Assembly: GCA_963718615.1 (NCBI GenBank)
Contig: OY970368.1
Location: 3,136,001 to 3,200,000 of the forward strand
Origin: an uncultured cyanobacterium
GTDB taxonomy: Bacteria; Cyanobacteriota; Cyanobacteriia; PCC-9006; JAAUQQ01
Length of the DNA stretch: 64,000 nt
Reading direction: 5' to 3'
Part shown: piece by piece, positions 10,951 through 21,331 of the stretch
Layout of the letters: every line of letters starts with the position of its first letter
Position numbering within the stretch: the stretch's first letter is position 1
Program-made: the position numbers and the translations under genes
Notes under the pieces: model-generated
What the model was told of the DNA's origin: nothing
Databases searched by the model: none
The model's input: only the letters and a program-made list of their open reading frames with translations

Positions 10951-11868
10951 ATGCGCATTACAGGGACCACTCAACTCCTCGGTATTCTTGGCAATCCCGT
11001 AAAACACTCGCTTTCGCCACTGATGCAGAATGCGGCAATCGCCGAACTTGGGCTAGATTTCGTCTATATTCCGTTGCCGGTCCAAGGGGAAAACTTGGCC
11101 CAGGCGATCGCCGGTTTCGAGACGATCGGTCTCGTTGGATTCAATATTACGATTCCCCACAAGCAGGCGGTCTTGCCGTTTCTTTCCCAGGTCTCCGAAG
11201 TGGCCCAGGCGGTGGGAGCGGTGAATACTATGTGGCGATTGCCTGCAGAGGCTGGACTAGGTGCTGGAGCAGGCTGGGCGGGAACCAATACCGACGTGGA
11301 GGGGTTTTTGGCTCCGCTGCAAGCCCTCGATCGCGATTGGTCGGAGACCGTGGCGGTGGTGTTGGGCAATGGCGGGGCTGCGCGGGCGGTGGTGGCCGGT
11401 TGTGCGCTTTTGGGCTGTCAGGAAATCCATGTGGTGGGTCGGGATCAGGCCAAACTCGCGGCTTTTGCCGCTAGCGGGTTCGGACCCTTGGCGGGATCAG
11501 CAACGGGCTTACCGACGTTGACCCATCGATTGCGGGTGGCTTCTTGGACCACGCTGACAGATCTCTTGCCCCAAACCGGATTATTGGTGAATACAACGCC
11601 GCTCGGGATGGCTCCCCAGGTTGAGGCTTGTCCGCTGACGCCAGAGCAAATCGCGTTGCTCGCACCAGGTACGATTGCCTACGATCTGATCTATGTGCCC
11701 AATCCGACCCGGTTTTTGCAATTGGCCCAGGACCAGGGGGCGATCGCCCTCGACGGTCTAGAGATGCTGGTTCAACAGGGTGCCGCAGCCCTGCGGATCT
11801 GGACAGGACAGGAGCAGGTGCCCGTGGCTACGATGCGACGGGTTTTACAGGGCCATTTGGGTTTGTGA
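10951..11868 (+). CDS. aroE: Shikimate dehydrogenase
   Basis: HSLSPLMQN, GFNITIPHK, GAVNT, NTDVEGF, GNGGAARA, NTTPLGM, DGLEMLVQQGA. Confidence 0.96.
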   Translation: MRITGTTQLLGILGNPVKHSLSPLMQNAAIAELGLDFVYIPLPVQGENLAQAIAGFETIGLVGFNITIPHKQAVLPFLSQVSEVAQAVGAVNTMWRLPAEAGLGAGAGWAGTNTDVEGFLAPLQALDRDWSETVAVVLGNGGAARAVVAGCALLGCQEIHVVGRDQAKLAAFAASGFGPLAGSATGLPTLTHRLRVASWTTLTDLLPQTGLLVNTTPLGMAPQVEACPLTPEQIALLAPGTIAYDLIYVPNPTRFLQLAQDQGAIALDGLEMLVQQGAAALRIWTGQEQVPVATMRRVLQGHLGL

Positions 11869-11909
11869 CGATTATCACCCGGCAAGGCATACTGTGATGT
11901 ATCTTGAAC

Positions 11910-11953
11910 CCTTGATTATGGGCCTATGGATGATAGGACCTTGATTATGGGCC
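11910..11953. repeat. 15-bp direct repeat CCTTGATTATGGGCC, 2 copies, 29-bp period
   Basis: Copies at 11910 and 11939 in the intergenic region between aroE and the SLH gene. Confidence 0.8.
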
Positions 11954-12073
11954 ATTGATGGTAGGCCATGGGATGGGGACTTTATTCTCTACAGAGGGTA
12001 TTCTCCCTAGAGCAGCCCTAAAGCCTGCTTCCCGTTTAACCCTGGGTGCTCATCTTCGTTGCGCATAGCCGCT

Positions 12074-14212
12074 ATGGTTCAATCCCCTATCCTTGTGAAA
12101 TTTCAGGTTGGTGCCCAGAGCGATCGCGCCCTAGGCAGTACCACGGAACCGTTTCGGACCTTGACCGATGCGCTGAAACAGGCCCAGGCGGGGATGATTA
12201 TTCAGCTTTCTCCCGGCACCTATAATGCCGCTTCGGGGGAACAGTTTCCGCTGACGGTGCCCCCTGGGGTGGTCTTGCTGGGAAATGAAACCACCAAGGG
12301 CCAAGGCATTTTGATCCAAGGGGGAGGACTCTACAGCAGCCCAACGCTGGGCGCGCAAACGGTGACGCTCTTGCTGGCCAACGACGCCCAAGTGCGGGGC
12401 ATTACCATTAGTAACCCAGCCCAGAAAGGAACCGGAATTTGGATCGAGTCAACCCGCCCGGTGGTGCAAAACTGCACACTGATCAACTGCGGTCGCGAAG
12501 GGCTGGTGGCCACCGGCACAGCCAATCCGCTGATCCGTGATAATCGCTTCGAGAGCAACCAGGTGAGCGGTCTGGCGATCCTGCGCAACGGCAAGGGCGA
12601 AATTTGGGGCAACCTCTGCTCTCAATGCCCCATCGGCTTGGCCCTTGGGGATGAAAGTGCGCCCTTGGTCGCCAAAAATACGCTGTCTGCAAACCAGACG
12701 GGGATGGCGATCGCCGGAACGGCCCGTCCAGTCCTGCGCAATAACGTCATTGAAAGCAGTACCGACATTGGCCTAACGCTCAAGGAACAAGCCATTCCCG
12801 ACCTCGGCAATGCTCAAGCCCCAGCCGGCAATGTCTTTCGCAACAACCAGCGATTCGATCTCAACAACGAAACGGGCAAAACCTTGGTGTCCGTCGGCAA
12901 TCAGGTCAATCCCCAGCTCAATCGCGGTCCCATTACCTTTCAGGCCAGCGAAGCGCCCACTGCGCCCCCCCTACCCGAACCGGAAGTCGTGCCCTTGCCC
13001 CAGGGGAGCGGCGGCAGCTCGCCCACGCCGATTACGGGCGGTCCTGTTAGTCTCAGCGACATTCAAGGCCATTGGGCCAACGATTTTATTCAAGCCCTGA
13101 TCGATCGCGAAATCCTCAGCGGCTTTCCGGACAGTACATTCCGTCCACAAAACTCCCTCACCCGTGCAGAATACGCCGCCCTGATTGCCAAAGCCTTTAA
13201 TCAGCCCCTGGTGCGTCCCGCCTTGCGCTTTCCCGACGTGCCCAGCAATTTCTGGGGAGCCAGCGCCATCGAAAAAGCCAGCCGCATGGCCTTTATCGCC
13301 GGGTTCCCCGACGGCACCTTTCGGGCCAACCAGCAGCTCACGCGAGTTCAAGCAATCGTCGCCTTGGTGAGTGGCTTGAGCCTGAGCGGCGGCAGTCCGG
13401 GCCTCTTGGGGGTGTATAGCGATCGCGCCCAAATCCCCAGTTATGCCACCAATGCGATCGCCACCGCCACCCAACACCGCATCATCGTTAACTATCCGCA
13501 GCTCAATCTCCTAGACCCCCTGCGCCCTATCTCCCGTGCCGAAATCGCCGTCATGGTCTACCAGGCCCTCGTGGTTCTGCGTCAGGCCACGGTGATCGAA
13601 TCCCCCTATATTCCTCAACCCCAAGTCCTCACGGCCCTCACCGACCTCAATGGCCATTGGGCGGAACCCTTTGTCCGCAATTTGGTTAACCAAAATTTGC
13701 TCACTGGCTTCCCCGATGGCAGCTTCCACCCCAATGCGCCGGTGAGCCGAGCCGAATATGCGGTCATGATTGCCAAAGCCTTCAATCCCCCCGCCGTCAA
13801 TCCCCAGCCGAATTTTCAGGATTTAGCCTCGGACTTTTGGGCCAACCCTGCGATTATTAGCGCGACCCGTGGCGGCTATTTGTCCGGTTATTCCAACAGT
13901 CAGTTTCAGCCCGATCGCGCCATTTCTCGGGTGCAGATTTTGCTTTCCCTCGTCAGTGGCTTGAAGCTCACCGGCGGTCACCTGGGTTTGGTCAATCGCA
14001 TGCCCGATCAAACCGATGTGCCTAATTATGCTCGTGAAGCCGTAGCCACCGCCCTCCAAAACCGCATTGTCGTGAATTATCCAGACCCCAATCAGCTCAG
14101 CCCCAACCGCGAAGCCACCCGTGCAGAGGTGGCGGCGATGATTTATCAAGGTCTCTTGACCCAAGGACGAGTCGCGCCATTGCCCTCTGCCTATATCGCC
14201 ATTCCGCGCTAA
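12074..14212 (+). CDS. DUF1565 (parallel beta-helix) + multiple S-layer homology domain protein
   Basis: N-terminal PFRTLT..AL...GTY..GEQFPL and beta-helix repeats, a Pro-rich linker, then two sets of SLH repeats (DIQGHWA, GFPDGTFR, SRAE). Confidence 0.88.
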   Translation: MVQSPILVKFQVGAQSDRALGSTTEPFRTLTDALKQAQAGMIIQLSPGTYNAASGEQFPLTVPPGVVLLGNETTKGQGILIQGGGLYSSPTLGAQTVTLLLANDAQVRGITISNPAQKGTGIWIESTRPVVQNCTLINCGREGLVATGTANPLIRDNRFESNQVSGLAILRNGKGEIWGNLCSQCPIGLALGDESAPLVAKNTLSANQTGMAIAGTARPVLRNNVIESSTDIGLTLKEQAIPDLGNAQAPAGNVFRNNQRFDLNNETGKTLVSVGNQVNPQLNRGPITFQASEAPTAPPLPEPEVVPLPQGSGGSSPTPITGGPVSLSDIQGHWANDFIQALIDREILSGFPDSTFRPQNSLTRAEYAALIAKAFNQPLVRPALRFPDVPSNFWGASAIEKASRMAFIAGFPDGTFRANQQLTRVQAIVALVSGLSLSGGSPGLLGVYSDRAQIPSYATNAIATATQHRIIVNYPQLNLLDPLRPISRAEIAVMVYQALVVLRQATVIESPYIPQPQVLTALTDLNGHWAEPFVRNLVNQNLLTGFPDGSFHPNAPVSRAEYAVMIAKAFNPPAVNPQPNFQDLASDFWANPAIISATRGGYLSGYSNSQFQPDRAISRVQILLSLVSGLKLTGGHLGLVNRMPDQTDVPNYAREAVATALQNRIVVNYPDPNQLSPNREATRAEVAAMIYQGLLTQGRVAPLPSAYIAIPR

Positions 14213-14538
14213 TCGAGCGCCTTTGGGCCCCTACACCAGCAGACTTTTCTGTAACTAAATATTGCTTTTTGCAACGCTATTACTTTGGGATTCCAAGGGA
14301 GTGCCACCTGCGGATGACAATGAAAATTATGGAAATTAAGGATGGAAATTGAGGTCAGACCAGCCTTCGGAACTCATCTAGATAGGATTTACAGGCAATC
14401 TATCCCTTAGCCGATTTGAAAACTGGCCTAAGGCAAGATGAATCCATCTGGAATTCTACCGAAGCTATTTGTAGACGACCCGTAAGAGCCATTCAAGAGC
14501 AAGGGGCTCGTCCATGTCGGTTCCAGGGGGGGATAACC

Positions 14539-15081
14539 ATGATTCAGCGTAGTCTTCAGAATTGCTTCACAACCACTTGCGATCGCGCCGCCCGCGCGGT
14601 CAATCTGACTGCGCTCTTGTCCCTAGGACTGATGTTGACGGGGACAATGCTAACCAAGACCGCAGTGGCTCCGGCCTGGGCAGCGATCGACGCAGTACCG
14701 CTGCCGAAACCCGTGGGACCACAATTGGCGGATGGCGTTTATCTCTACGGTGAGGCCCAAGAACGCGACCAACTTAACCGTGCCTACATGGTGTTTGAAG
14801 TGAGTGAAGGCAAAGTCGAAGGCGCAGTGTACTGGCCGCAATCAAACTTTAACTGTATTGATGGCCGCTTTGCGAATCAACAGTTAGCGCTGCGGGTGAG
14901 CGATACCTACACCCAGGAATCCTATACCTACAGTCTGGGATTGACCCAATCAACCGCCCTATTAGCTTCACGAGATTTAGAAACGGTTCCCCTAGAAGTG
15001 GGTTTGGAAGGGATGCATCGCATTGCAGAACTGAATGACAATGATTTGCGCATTCTCAAGATGTGCCAAGCCAATCTGTAG
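14539..15081 (+). CDS. Secreted conserved cyanobacterial hypothetical protein
   Basis: Signal-peptide-like segment ending PAWA, DGVYLYGE...YMVFEV motif, two Cys. ATG 14539 follows a G-rich RBS-like stretch. Confidence 0.7.
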   Translation: MIQRSLQNCFTTTCDRAARAVNLTALLSLGLMLTGTMLTKTAVAPAWAAIDAVPLPKPVGPQLADGVYLYGEAQERDQLNRAYMVFEVSEGKVEGAVYWPQSNFNCIDGRFANQQLALRVSDTYTQESYTYSLGLTQSTALLASRDLETVPLEVGLEGMHRIAELNDNDLRILKMCQANL

Positions 15082-15556
15082 GCTCGTGTCAGCGGGCTTG
15101 CGTCAGCGTTTCGTACTCGATAGGCGTATATGAATTTTTGTTGAAGCCTGATCTTGGTTTGTAAAGATTCGTTGTTTATACGACGTTCAAAGATCTGTTT
15201 CATTGGTTACTTTGCTGCCATCAAATTGCGAAAAAAACGCAGATTGATTGGCAGTTTTTGTATGCCTTTCTGCTTGATGGGTCAATGATTGCCCTGGATA
15301 TGTGCGGCCTAGTTTTCCTTGCTTGAAAAATCAGTGATGGTTGTTTTTTCCTACTTACAGATACGTATTGAGTCTTTTTCTATGCCTTTGTAATCTTGAA
15401 TGGCCTTCCGGGATACCAAGATTTGCCTGGATGAGAGGGGAAAGTGCTAGTCCATTACGAGAGTGCGCCAGAGCGGTGTTTCTCGGTTGTGACTAGCTTC
15501 AATTTGTGTGTTTTAGGGATCTGCCAAATTGATGAATTCAGCAAGGAGTTGCCTCA

Positions 15557-15895
15557 GTGAGCTATTCACCTGAGATTCCCCGTGGGATATCGAGACGCTC
15601 AAACGCAGTTGGTCGGCCCAGGACCGTGAGCGATGCCTATCTGCAGCGTTTGAAAGAATTAGTGAGCCATGATCCGCGTGAGTTTGGTTATTCCTTCCGA
15701 CGTTGGACCGCCCGTTGGCTCAATCAGCGCCTCTATGAAGAAATGGGGGTGTCTGTGAGCGATCGCCATATTAATCGTTTGCTCAAGCAAATGGGGCTAT
15801 CCACCCGGACCTCCTACGTCTCTAATGCCATGACTCGTCGTCATCCCAGCCATCTCAGGATTCAGATCGCCGATTTAGTTCCTGAGCAAGGATAG
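15557..15895 (+). CDS. Helix-turn-helix protein related to the IS630-type transposase DNA-binding domain
   Basis: GRP...LKELVSHDPREFGY..RRWTARWL...VSDRHINRLLKQMG. No DDE catalytic domain follows. Confidence 0.72.
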   Translation: MSYSPEIPRGISRRSNAVGRPRTVSDAYLQRLKELVSHDPREFGYSFRRWTARWLNQRLYEEMGVSVSDRHINRLLKQMGLSTRTSYVSNAMTRRHPSHLRIQIADLVPEQG

Positions 15896-15929
15896 AATAG
15901 GGAGGCTCAATGGTATTGCGACAGAATCC

Positions 15930-16187
15930 GTGACCACCTACCAAGCCAAAATTTACGTAACCCTCCGCCCCTCGGTGTTAGATCCTGCTGGGACTGCTGT
16001 GGAATCGGGCCTCAAACATATGGGCTACGGCGACATCGAAGGCGTTCGCATCGGCAAATACGTGGAGCTCAAGGTCTCTGCGGAAAGCGAAAGCGCTGCC
16101 CAGGAACAGCTCGACCAGGTCTGTGACCAGCTCTTGGCGAACCCGGTAATCGAGAATTACCGCTTCGAATTAGAACCCGTGGGATAG
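15930..16187 (+). CDS. purS: Phosphoribosylformylglycinamidine synthase subunit PurS
   Basis: VTLRPSVLDPAG, VRIGKY, LLANPVIENY. Confidence 0.96.
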   Translation: MTTYQAKIYVTLRPSVLDPAGTAVESGLKHMGYGDIEGVRIGKYVELKVSAESESAAQEQLDQVCDQLLANPVIENYRFELEPVG

Positions 16188-16193
16188 ACACCC

Positions 16194-16217
16194 GTAGGGA
16201 CGAACCGCGTTCGTCCT
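16194..16217 (+). repeat. GTAG-type REP-like palindrome
   Basis: GTAG-GGACGAAC-CGC-GTTCGTCC-T between purS and purQ. Confidence 0.6.
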
Positions 16218-16263
16218 CTTGAGAACGTTGGATGAATCAAGTTGGCAATATTAGGAGGGGCAG

Positions 16264-16932
16264 ATGAAGTTTGGGGTGATTGTCTTTCCGGGATCGAACT
16301 GCGATCGCGATGTCCTCTGGGTCACCCAGGGGATCTTGAACCAGCCCACGCGGATGGTGTGGCACGAAGACAGCGATTTGTCAGATATCGATATCGTTGT
16401 CATTCCCGGCGGGTTTAGTTACGGGGACTATTTGCGTTGTGGGGCGATCGCCCGCTTCTCTCCCGCCATGCGCTCCACCGTCGAGCACGCCAAAGCCGGT
16501 AAGCCGGTCTTGGGAATTTGCAATGGCTTCCAGATTTTGACGGAGTCGGGATTGTTGCCAGGGGCACTGGTGCGCAATGCCCATTTGCATTTTATCTGCG
16601 AGCGATCGCCCCTCACCGTCGAACGCAACGACTTGCTCTTTACCAGCGGCTACCAGCCAGGTCAACAGATTACGATTCCCATTGCCCACGGCGAGGGCCG
16701 CTACCACGCGGATGAGGAGCTGCTCAAGGAACTGGAAGACCACAATCAAATCGTTTTCCGCTATGTGAACAATCCCAATGGTTCGGTGAACCGCATCGCC
16801 GGAATTTGTAACCGTGCAGGCAATGTCCTGGGCCTGATGCCCCATCCGGAGCGGGCCTCGGATCCCCGAACCGGCGGTACAGATGGTTTGGCACTATTTG
16901 AAGCGTTGACCCGACAACTGGTTGCGGCTTAG
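16264..16932 (+). CDS. purQ: Phosphoribosylformylglycinamidine synthase subunit PurQ
   Basis: [46 protein letters not shown]. Confidence 0.97.
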   Translation: MKFGVIVFPGSNCDRDVLWVTQGILNQPTRMVWHEDSDLSDIDIVVIPGGFSYGDYLRCGAIARFSPAMRSTVEHAKAGKPVLGICNGFQILTESGLLPGALVRNAHLHFICERSPLTVERNDLLFTSGYQPGQQITIPIAHGEGRYHADEELLKELEDHNQIVFRYVNNPNGSVNRIAGICNRAGNVLGLMPHPERASDPRTGGTDGLALFEALTRQLVAA

Positions 16933-16946
16933 TCACGACGGTTGAT

Positions 16947-17945
16947 ATGCGCAAACTCTATTTTCTAGTTCCAGGGACAACCGGTCAATTCAAGAGCGGG
17001 GGACTGTTCGCGGAGCTCAAGACTTTGGCTTTGGCCCAGCAAGTCTGTGAAGCGGCGATCGCCACCTATCGCCAACGGGAACCGGACCACCCTTTCCTCG
17101 ATGATCTGCTCCAAACCGCATCGCCTCAGTCCTGTGCCTTTGTATTGGGCTGGGGATTTGACGTTCCCAAACTGCTCAAGCGCATCGGCAACTTTCCCCT
17201 GATCTACCATGCCCATAGCGCAGGCTACGGGTTTCGTCTACCGGCTCGGGTGCCGATTATCACCGTTAGCCGGAACACCATGGGCTATTGGGGGCAATGG
17301 GCCAATAACAATCTGATTTACTACTTACCCAATGAGATCTCGCCAGAGTTTCGAGATTTGGGGGGCGATCGCGACATTGATGTCTTGGTCCAAGCCCGCA
17401 AATCCTCAGATTATTTGCTGCAGTCCCTGATCCCGGCGTTGCAATCCCGTTGTCGGGTGGTTGTGCTGGATGGATTTGTGGAAGATTTATCGGTGCTGTT
17501 CAATCGGGCCAAGGTCTATCTCTACGATTCTGCGGACTACTGGGCCGTGAGCGGCGTGACGGAAGGGTTTGGGTTGCCGCCGCTGGAGGCGATCGCCTGT
17601 GGTTGTCGGGTATTTTCGAGTGTCAACCATGGCTTATCGGATTTTTTGGATCCGGGGTTTAATGGCCAGAAAATTGGTGTCTATTCCTTAGAATACGACC
17701 TGGAGCGGATTTTGGGGGCGATCGCTCAGCCCGCTCCCCCGGTTCCAGAAGCCTTGTTAGGGGAGTATCGGAGCGATCGCCTGGTGGCGCGCCTAGAGAT
17801 CATCTTGGCGGAGATCAACCCATTTTTTGATCATCAGGCCAGCCATAGCGCCAACATTCCGGGGCTGACGCCACTACGCTTGCGGCAGCTATGGGCCAAG
17901 CAAACCTGGCGCAAGATTCAGCGACGGCTAGGGCGCGGAGCTTGA
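16947..17945 (+). CDS. GT-B fold glycosyltransferase (GT4-like)
   Basis: EGFGLPPLEAIACG motif. Starts 14 bp after purQ. Confidence 0.8.
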   Translation: MRKLYFLVPGTTGQFKSGGLFAELKTLALAQQVCEAAIATYRQREPDHPFLDDLLQTASPQSCAFVLGWGFDVPKLLKRIGNFPLIYHAHSAGYGFRLPARVPIITVSRNTMGYWGQWANNNLIYYLPNEISPEFRDLGGDRDIDVLVQARKSSDYLLQSLIPALQSRCRVVVLDGFVEDLSVLFNRAKVYLYDSADYWAVSGVTEGFGLPPLEAIACGCRVFSSVNHGLSDFLDPGFNGQKIGVYSLEYDLERILGAIAQPAPPVPEALLGEYRSDRLVARLEIILAEINPFFDHQASHSANIPGLTPLRLRQLWAKQTWRKIQRRLGRGA

Positions 17946-18024
17946 GGCCCAGCGCTCTTGGGTGGATTGCTCTATCATGAAGAAATATGAACCGCTGTTG
18001 AATCCGCTATCTTGACGAGCTGCC

Positions 18025-18993
18025 ATGGCGATCGCCCCTCCCTCCGTTTCTTCTGCTCCTGCTTCTGCATCCTCTTCCGCAACGCCTGCACCCTATGCCT
18101 TGCACCATTGGACCTGGCGAGGCTACCAAATTCAGTACGCCGTCGCCGGAACCGGAACGCCGCTGGTCTTGATCCATGGTTTTGGAGCATCGATTGGCCA
18201 TTGGAAGAAAAATATTCCCGTCTGGGCTGCTGCGGGCTACCAGGTCTTTACGCTGGATCTGCTGGGGTTTGGGGCCTCCGAAAAGCCCTTGACGGACTAC
18301 AGCCTAGAACTTTGGGAGGACCTGCTGGCAGAGTTTTCAGCAGAGTTGATTGGCCAACCGGCGGTCTTCATTGGCAACTCCATTGGTGCGCTACTCAGTT
18401 TGATGATGGCGGTGAATCATCCCGACCAAGTCAGCGGCATCATTTTGCTTAACTGCGCTGGGGGACTCAGCCATCGCCCCGAGGAACTGCCCCCACCGCT
18501 GCGGGTTGTCATGGGAACCTTTAACACACTGGTAAATTCCAATCAGTTGGGTCCGCTGATGTTCAATTTGGTGCGCCGCAAACCCCAGATTCGTCGGGCA
18601 TTACAACAGGTGTATCGTAAACCTGGCTCCGTTACCGATGAGCTGGTGGACATGCTCTACGAACCCTCCTGCGACCCCAATGCCCAAAGCGTCTTCGCTT
18701 CGATCCTGACCGCTCCCCCCGGACCAACCATCGAAACTCTCTTGCCGAAACTGGAAAAACCGATGCTCGTGCTCTGGGGCGAAGATGACCCCTGGACGCC
18801 GGTTAAGGGCAGCCAAATTTTCCAAGACCGTGCCCAAGACCATGCTCAAAACCGCAACACGACGTTTATTTCCCTACCCCGCACTGGCCATTGTCCCCAC
18901 GACGAGCGGCCCGAGCTGGTAAATCCACTGATCTTGTATTGGCTCAAAACCATAACATCAACCCGACAAGTGTCGGAATCCCACTGGGGGTAG
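18025..18993 (+). CDS. Alpha/beta fold hydrolase
   Basis: HGFGAS, DLLGFGAS, GNSIG nucleophile, WGEDDPW, GHCPHDE. Confidence 0.92.
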   Translation: MAIAPPSVSSAPASASSSATPAPYALHHWTWRGYQIQYAVAGTGTPLVLIHGFGASIGHWKKNIPVWAAAGYQVFTLDLLGFGASEKPLTDYSLELWEDLLAEFSAELIGQPAVFIGNSIGALLSLMMAVNHPDQVSGIILLNCAGGLSHRPEELPPPLRVVMGTFNTLVNSNQLGPLMFNLVRRKPQIRRALQQVYRKPGSVTDELVDMLYEPSCDPNAQSVFASILTAPPGPTIETLLPKLEKPMLVLWGEDDPWTPVKGSQIFQDRAQDHAQNRNTTFISLPRTGHCPHDERPELVNPLILYWLKTITSTRQVSESHWG

Positions 18994-19600
18994 AAATTCT
19001 GGAATTTACGGAGGAACGATGCAAAGCCCTGATTAGGAAGGACTATTTGTCTTTGTGCAGTTTCTTCTTTACACGACATTGAAGTAGATATCCGTGAACC
19101 CCTTAGACTAAGGGGAACGTGCCCCCTGTAATCTTAATATCGTCGTTAATATCTGTTGGATATAGATAAAGATACGAGAGTGCAATAAATTCTCGATATT
19201 TGAGTCCGATAATTTTCTCTTGGGAATGGGAACAATAGAGTCAGCTCACGATAAGTAGCAATTAATCAAGGAAGTCGAGCAGGAGACAATCGAGTCGTGA
19301 CCTAGTCGTGGCCTAGATGATACTTTCTGCTGTCAGACGTTTCCTCACAGTCTACCTATCGTTGTACGGGTGCTACTCTATCGAATCTTCGCTAAAAATC
19401 ATAGAGGTCTCACTTTGTCAATAGCTGAAGGACTGCACCGAAAACGAGGGGCTATCTTCCTCCTGCCAAATCCGCAGTAACGTCTATCTTGTATTAGAGA
19501 TGGCTTAGTGCTTGTCTAGTTCTGTATTTATTGCAGTTGCTCGATTTCTCTAAGCCACAGCTTGTGTAGGTTCTTTCTGTGTAGGAGCACACCAACTGAA

Positions 19601-20728
19601 ATGGACATCTGTATAGTGAGTGGCATCTTCCCGCCAGATATTGGAGGGCCAGCCAGCTACGTTCCTAAAATCGCTAATACATTAATTGAACAAGGGCACA
19701 GCGCTGAAATAGTTTGTCTCAGCGATTCACTAGCGCATGATGATTTGAATGACTATCCCTTCAAGGTAACAAGAATTCAGCGTTCTTTACCAAAATATAG
19801 GCGTAGTATTGAAATAATCCATGCTATTTGCAGAAGCGCTAAAAACGCAAATCTTATATACGTAAACGGTCTAAGTCTAGAATCAATGATTGCCGCTCTA
19901 ATTTCCAAGAAGCCAACTATTCATAAGGTTGTTGGAGACTATGCGTGGGAAAGAGCACAGCTCTGGCGGCATTTTACTGGCACATTAGATGAATATCAGA
20001 CAACAAAGAAGAATTTAAAATTGAAGGTTCTAGACTTTATCAGGACAGCACCACTCAGAAAGTCACACTCAATTATTGTCCCAAGCAAATACCTTAAAAA
20101 AATAGTTATTGGATGGGGCATTAGTTCAAAAAAACTAAGAGTTATCTATAATGCTATCGACATTCCAAATCCTCAAACAGATTTGATTTTTCCAAAGGTA
20201 TCTGGGAAAGCGATTGTAACGGTAGGAAGATTGGTTCCTTGGAAAGGTGTGGATGGAATTTTAAACGTTCTATCTCAGATCAAAGATTGCCATCTTGTTA
20301 TCATAGGTGAAGGTCCTCTCCGTAATGAACTAGAAATTCTGTGCCATAAACTTAATCTGGAAGATCGAGTAACATTTATGGGGGCTCTTTCAAAATCTCA
20401 AGTTACTTACTGCTTAGAGAAAGCTGATTTATTCGTTCTTAATTCTACCTATGAAGGTCTACCTCATGTTGTGCTTGAGGCTATGAAAGCTGGGACTCCT
20501 GTAGTTGCTACTGATGCAGGAGGGACCTCAGAGGTTATACAAGATCGTGAGAATGGACTATTAGTGTCCGTAGGAAATGAAGAGAAACTTAAGGAATGCA
20601 TTCAGAAGATACTTGCAGAACCTAAGTACGCTCAACAGCTAGCTAATCAAGCTTATAATGATGTGAATGAAAAATTCTCATTAGAGAATATGTTGAAGGA
20701 GTCAATACAAGTATTTTCCCAAGTATAG
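19601..20728 (+). CDS. Glycosyltransferase family 4
   Basis: FPPDIGGP, VGRLVPWKG, EGLPHVVLEAM. Likely start is ATG 19601. Confidence 0.9.
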   Translation: MDICIVSGIFPPDIGGPASYVPKIANTLIEQGHSAEIVCLSDSLAHDDLNDYPFKVTRIQRSLPKYRRSIEIIHAICRSAKNANLIYVNGLSLESMIAALISKKPTIHKVVGDYAWERAQLWRHFTGTLDEYQTTKKNLKLKVLDFIRTAPLRKSHSIIVPSKYLKKIVIGWGISSKKLRVIYNAIDIPNPQTDLIFPKVSGKAIVTVGRLVPWKGVDGILNVLSQIKDCHLVIIGEGPLRNELEILCHKLNLEDRVTFMGALSKSQVTYCLEKADLFVLNSTYEGLPHVVLEAMKAGTPVVATDAGGTSEVIQDRENGLLVSVGNEEKLKECIQKILAEPKYAQQLANQAYNDVNEKFSLENMLKESIQVFSQV

Positions 20729-20755
20729 CAACTACAAAGTAGGACTACAGCAGCA

Positions 20756-21319
20756 ATGATAAGTCAAAGCATTTCAGAGAATCAACTCTCTGTGAAAGAT
20801 ATTTCTTTTCAAAAGTTTCTAGGTGGTGTCCGAGGACTTATTAAGAAAGCTGAACTAAAAGACTGTGGATTTCCTGTCGTTATTGGCAGAGGAGTAAAGT
20901 TTAGAGATAAAAGTAGCATACTACTTGGGAATAAAGTTCAAATCAAAGAAGGTACACAAATCCTCAATCGAGTCACACTAAAAGATGGAGTATTTATAGG
21001 TCGATTTTGTGACATAGGCTCAGATGTCACCATTGAGGAAAGAGCGACCTTAGCAGATTATGTCTGCATTTTAGGTGAAACACATCAACATGATGACTGT
21101 GGGCATAGAGCCGGTAAACTATATTCACTTGGGGACAAGGTTATTGGGAAAGGAGCTTGGATAGGATATCGAGCAATTATCCTTCCTCAAGTTCGATACA
21201 TCGGGAAGGGTGCAGTTGTAGGAGCAGGAGCAGTTGTCACTAAAGATGTCCCTGATGGAGCTATTGTGGTAGGCAACCCAGCAAAATTAATAAAAAATCG
21301 TACTGCAGCTCATCAATAA
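20756..21319 (+). CDS. Hexapeptide-repeat acyltransferase
   Basis: [26 protein letters not shown]. Confidence 0.88.
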   Translation: MISQSISENQLSVKDISFQKFLGGVRGLIKKAELKDCGFPVVIGRGVKFRDKSSILLGNKVQIKEGTQILNRVTLKDGVFIGRFCDIGSDVTIEERATLADYVCILGETHQHDDCGHRAGKLYSLGDKVIGKGAWIGYRAIILPQVRYIGKGAVVGAGAVVTKDVPDGAIVVGNPAKLIKNRTAAHQ

Positions 21320-21331
21320 GCGAGGAAGGCC

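Noticed and set aside
10746-11474. 242-aa alternative-frame ORF overlapping aroE
   Set aside because: Out-of-frame overlap with the well-supported aroE; Gly/Arg-rich composition typical of off-frame translation.
15557-15895. Active IS630 element
   Set aside because: No catalytic domain or terminal inverted repeats are visible, and purS follows 34 bp later.
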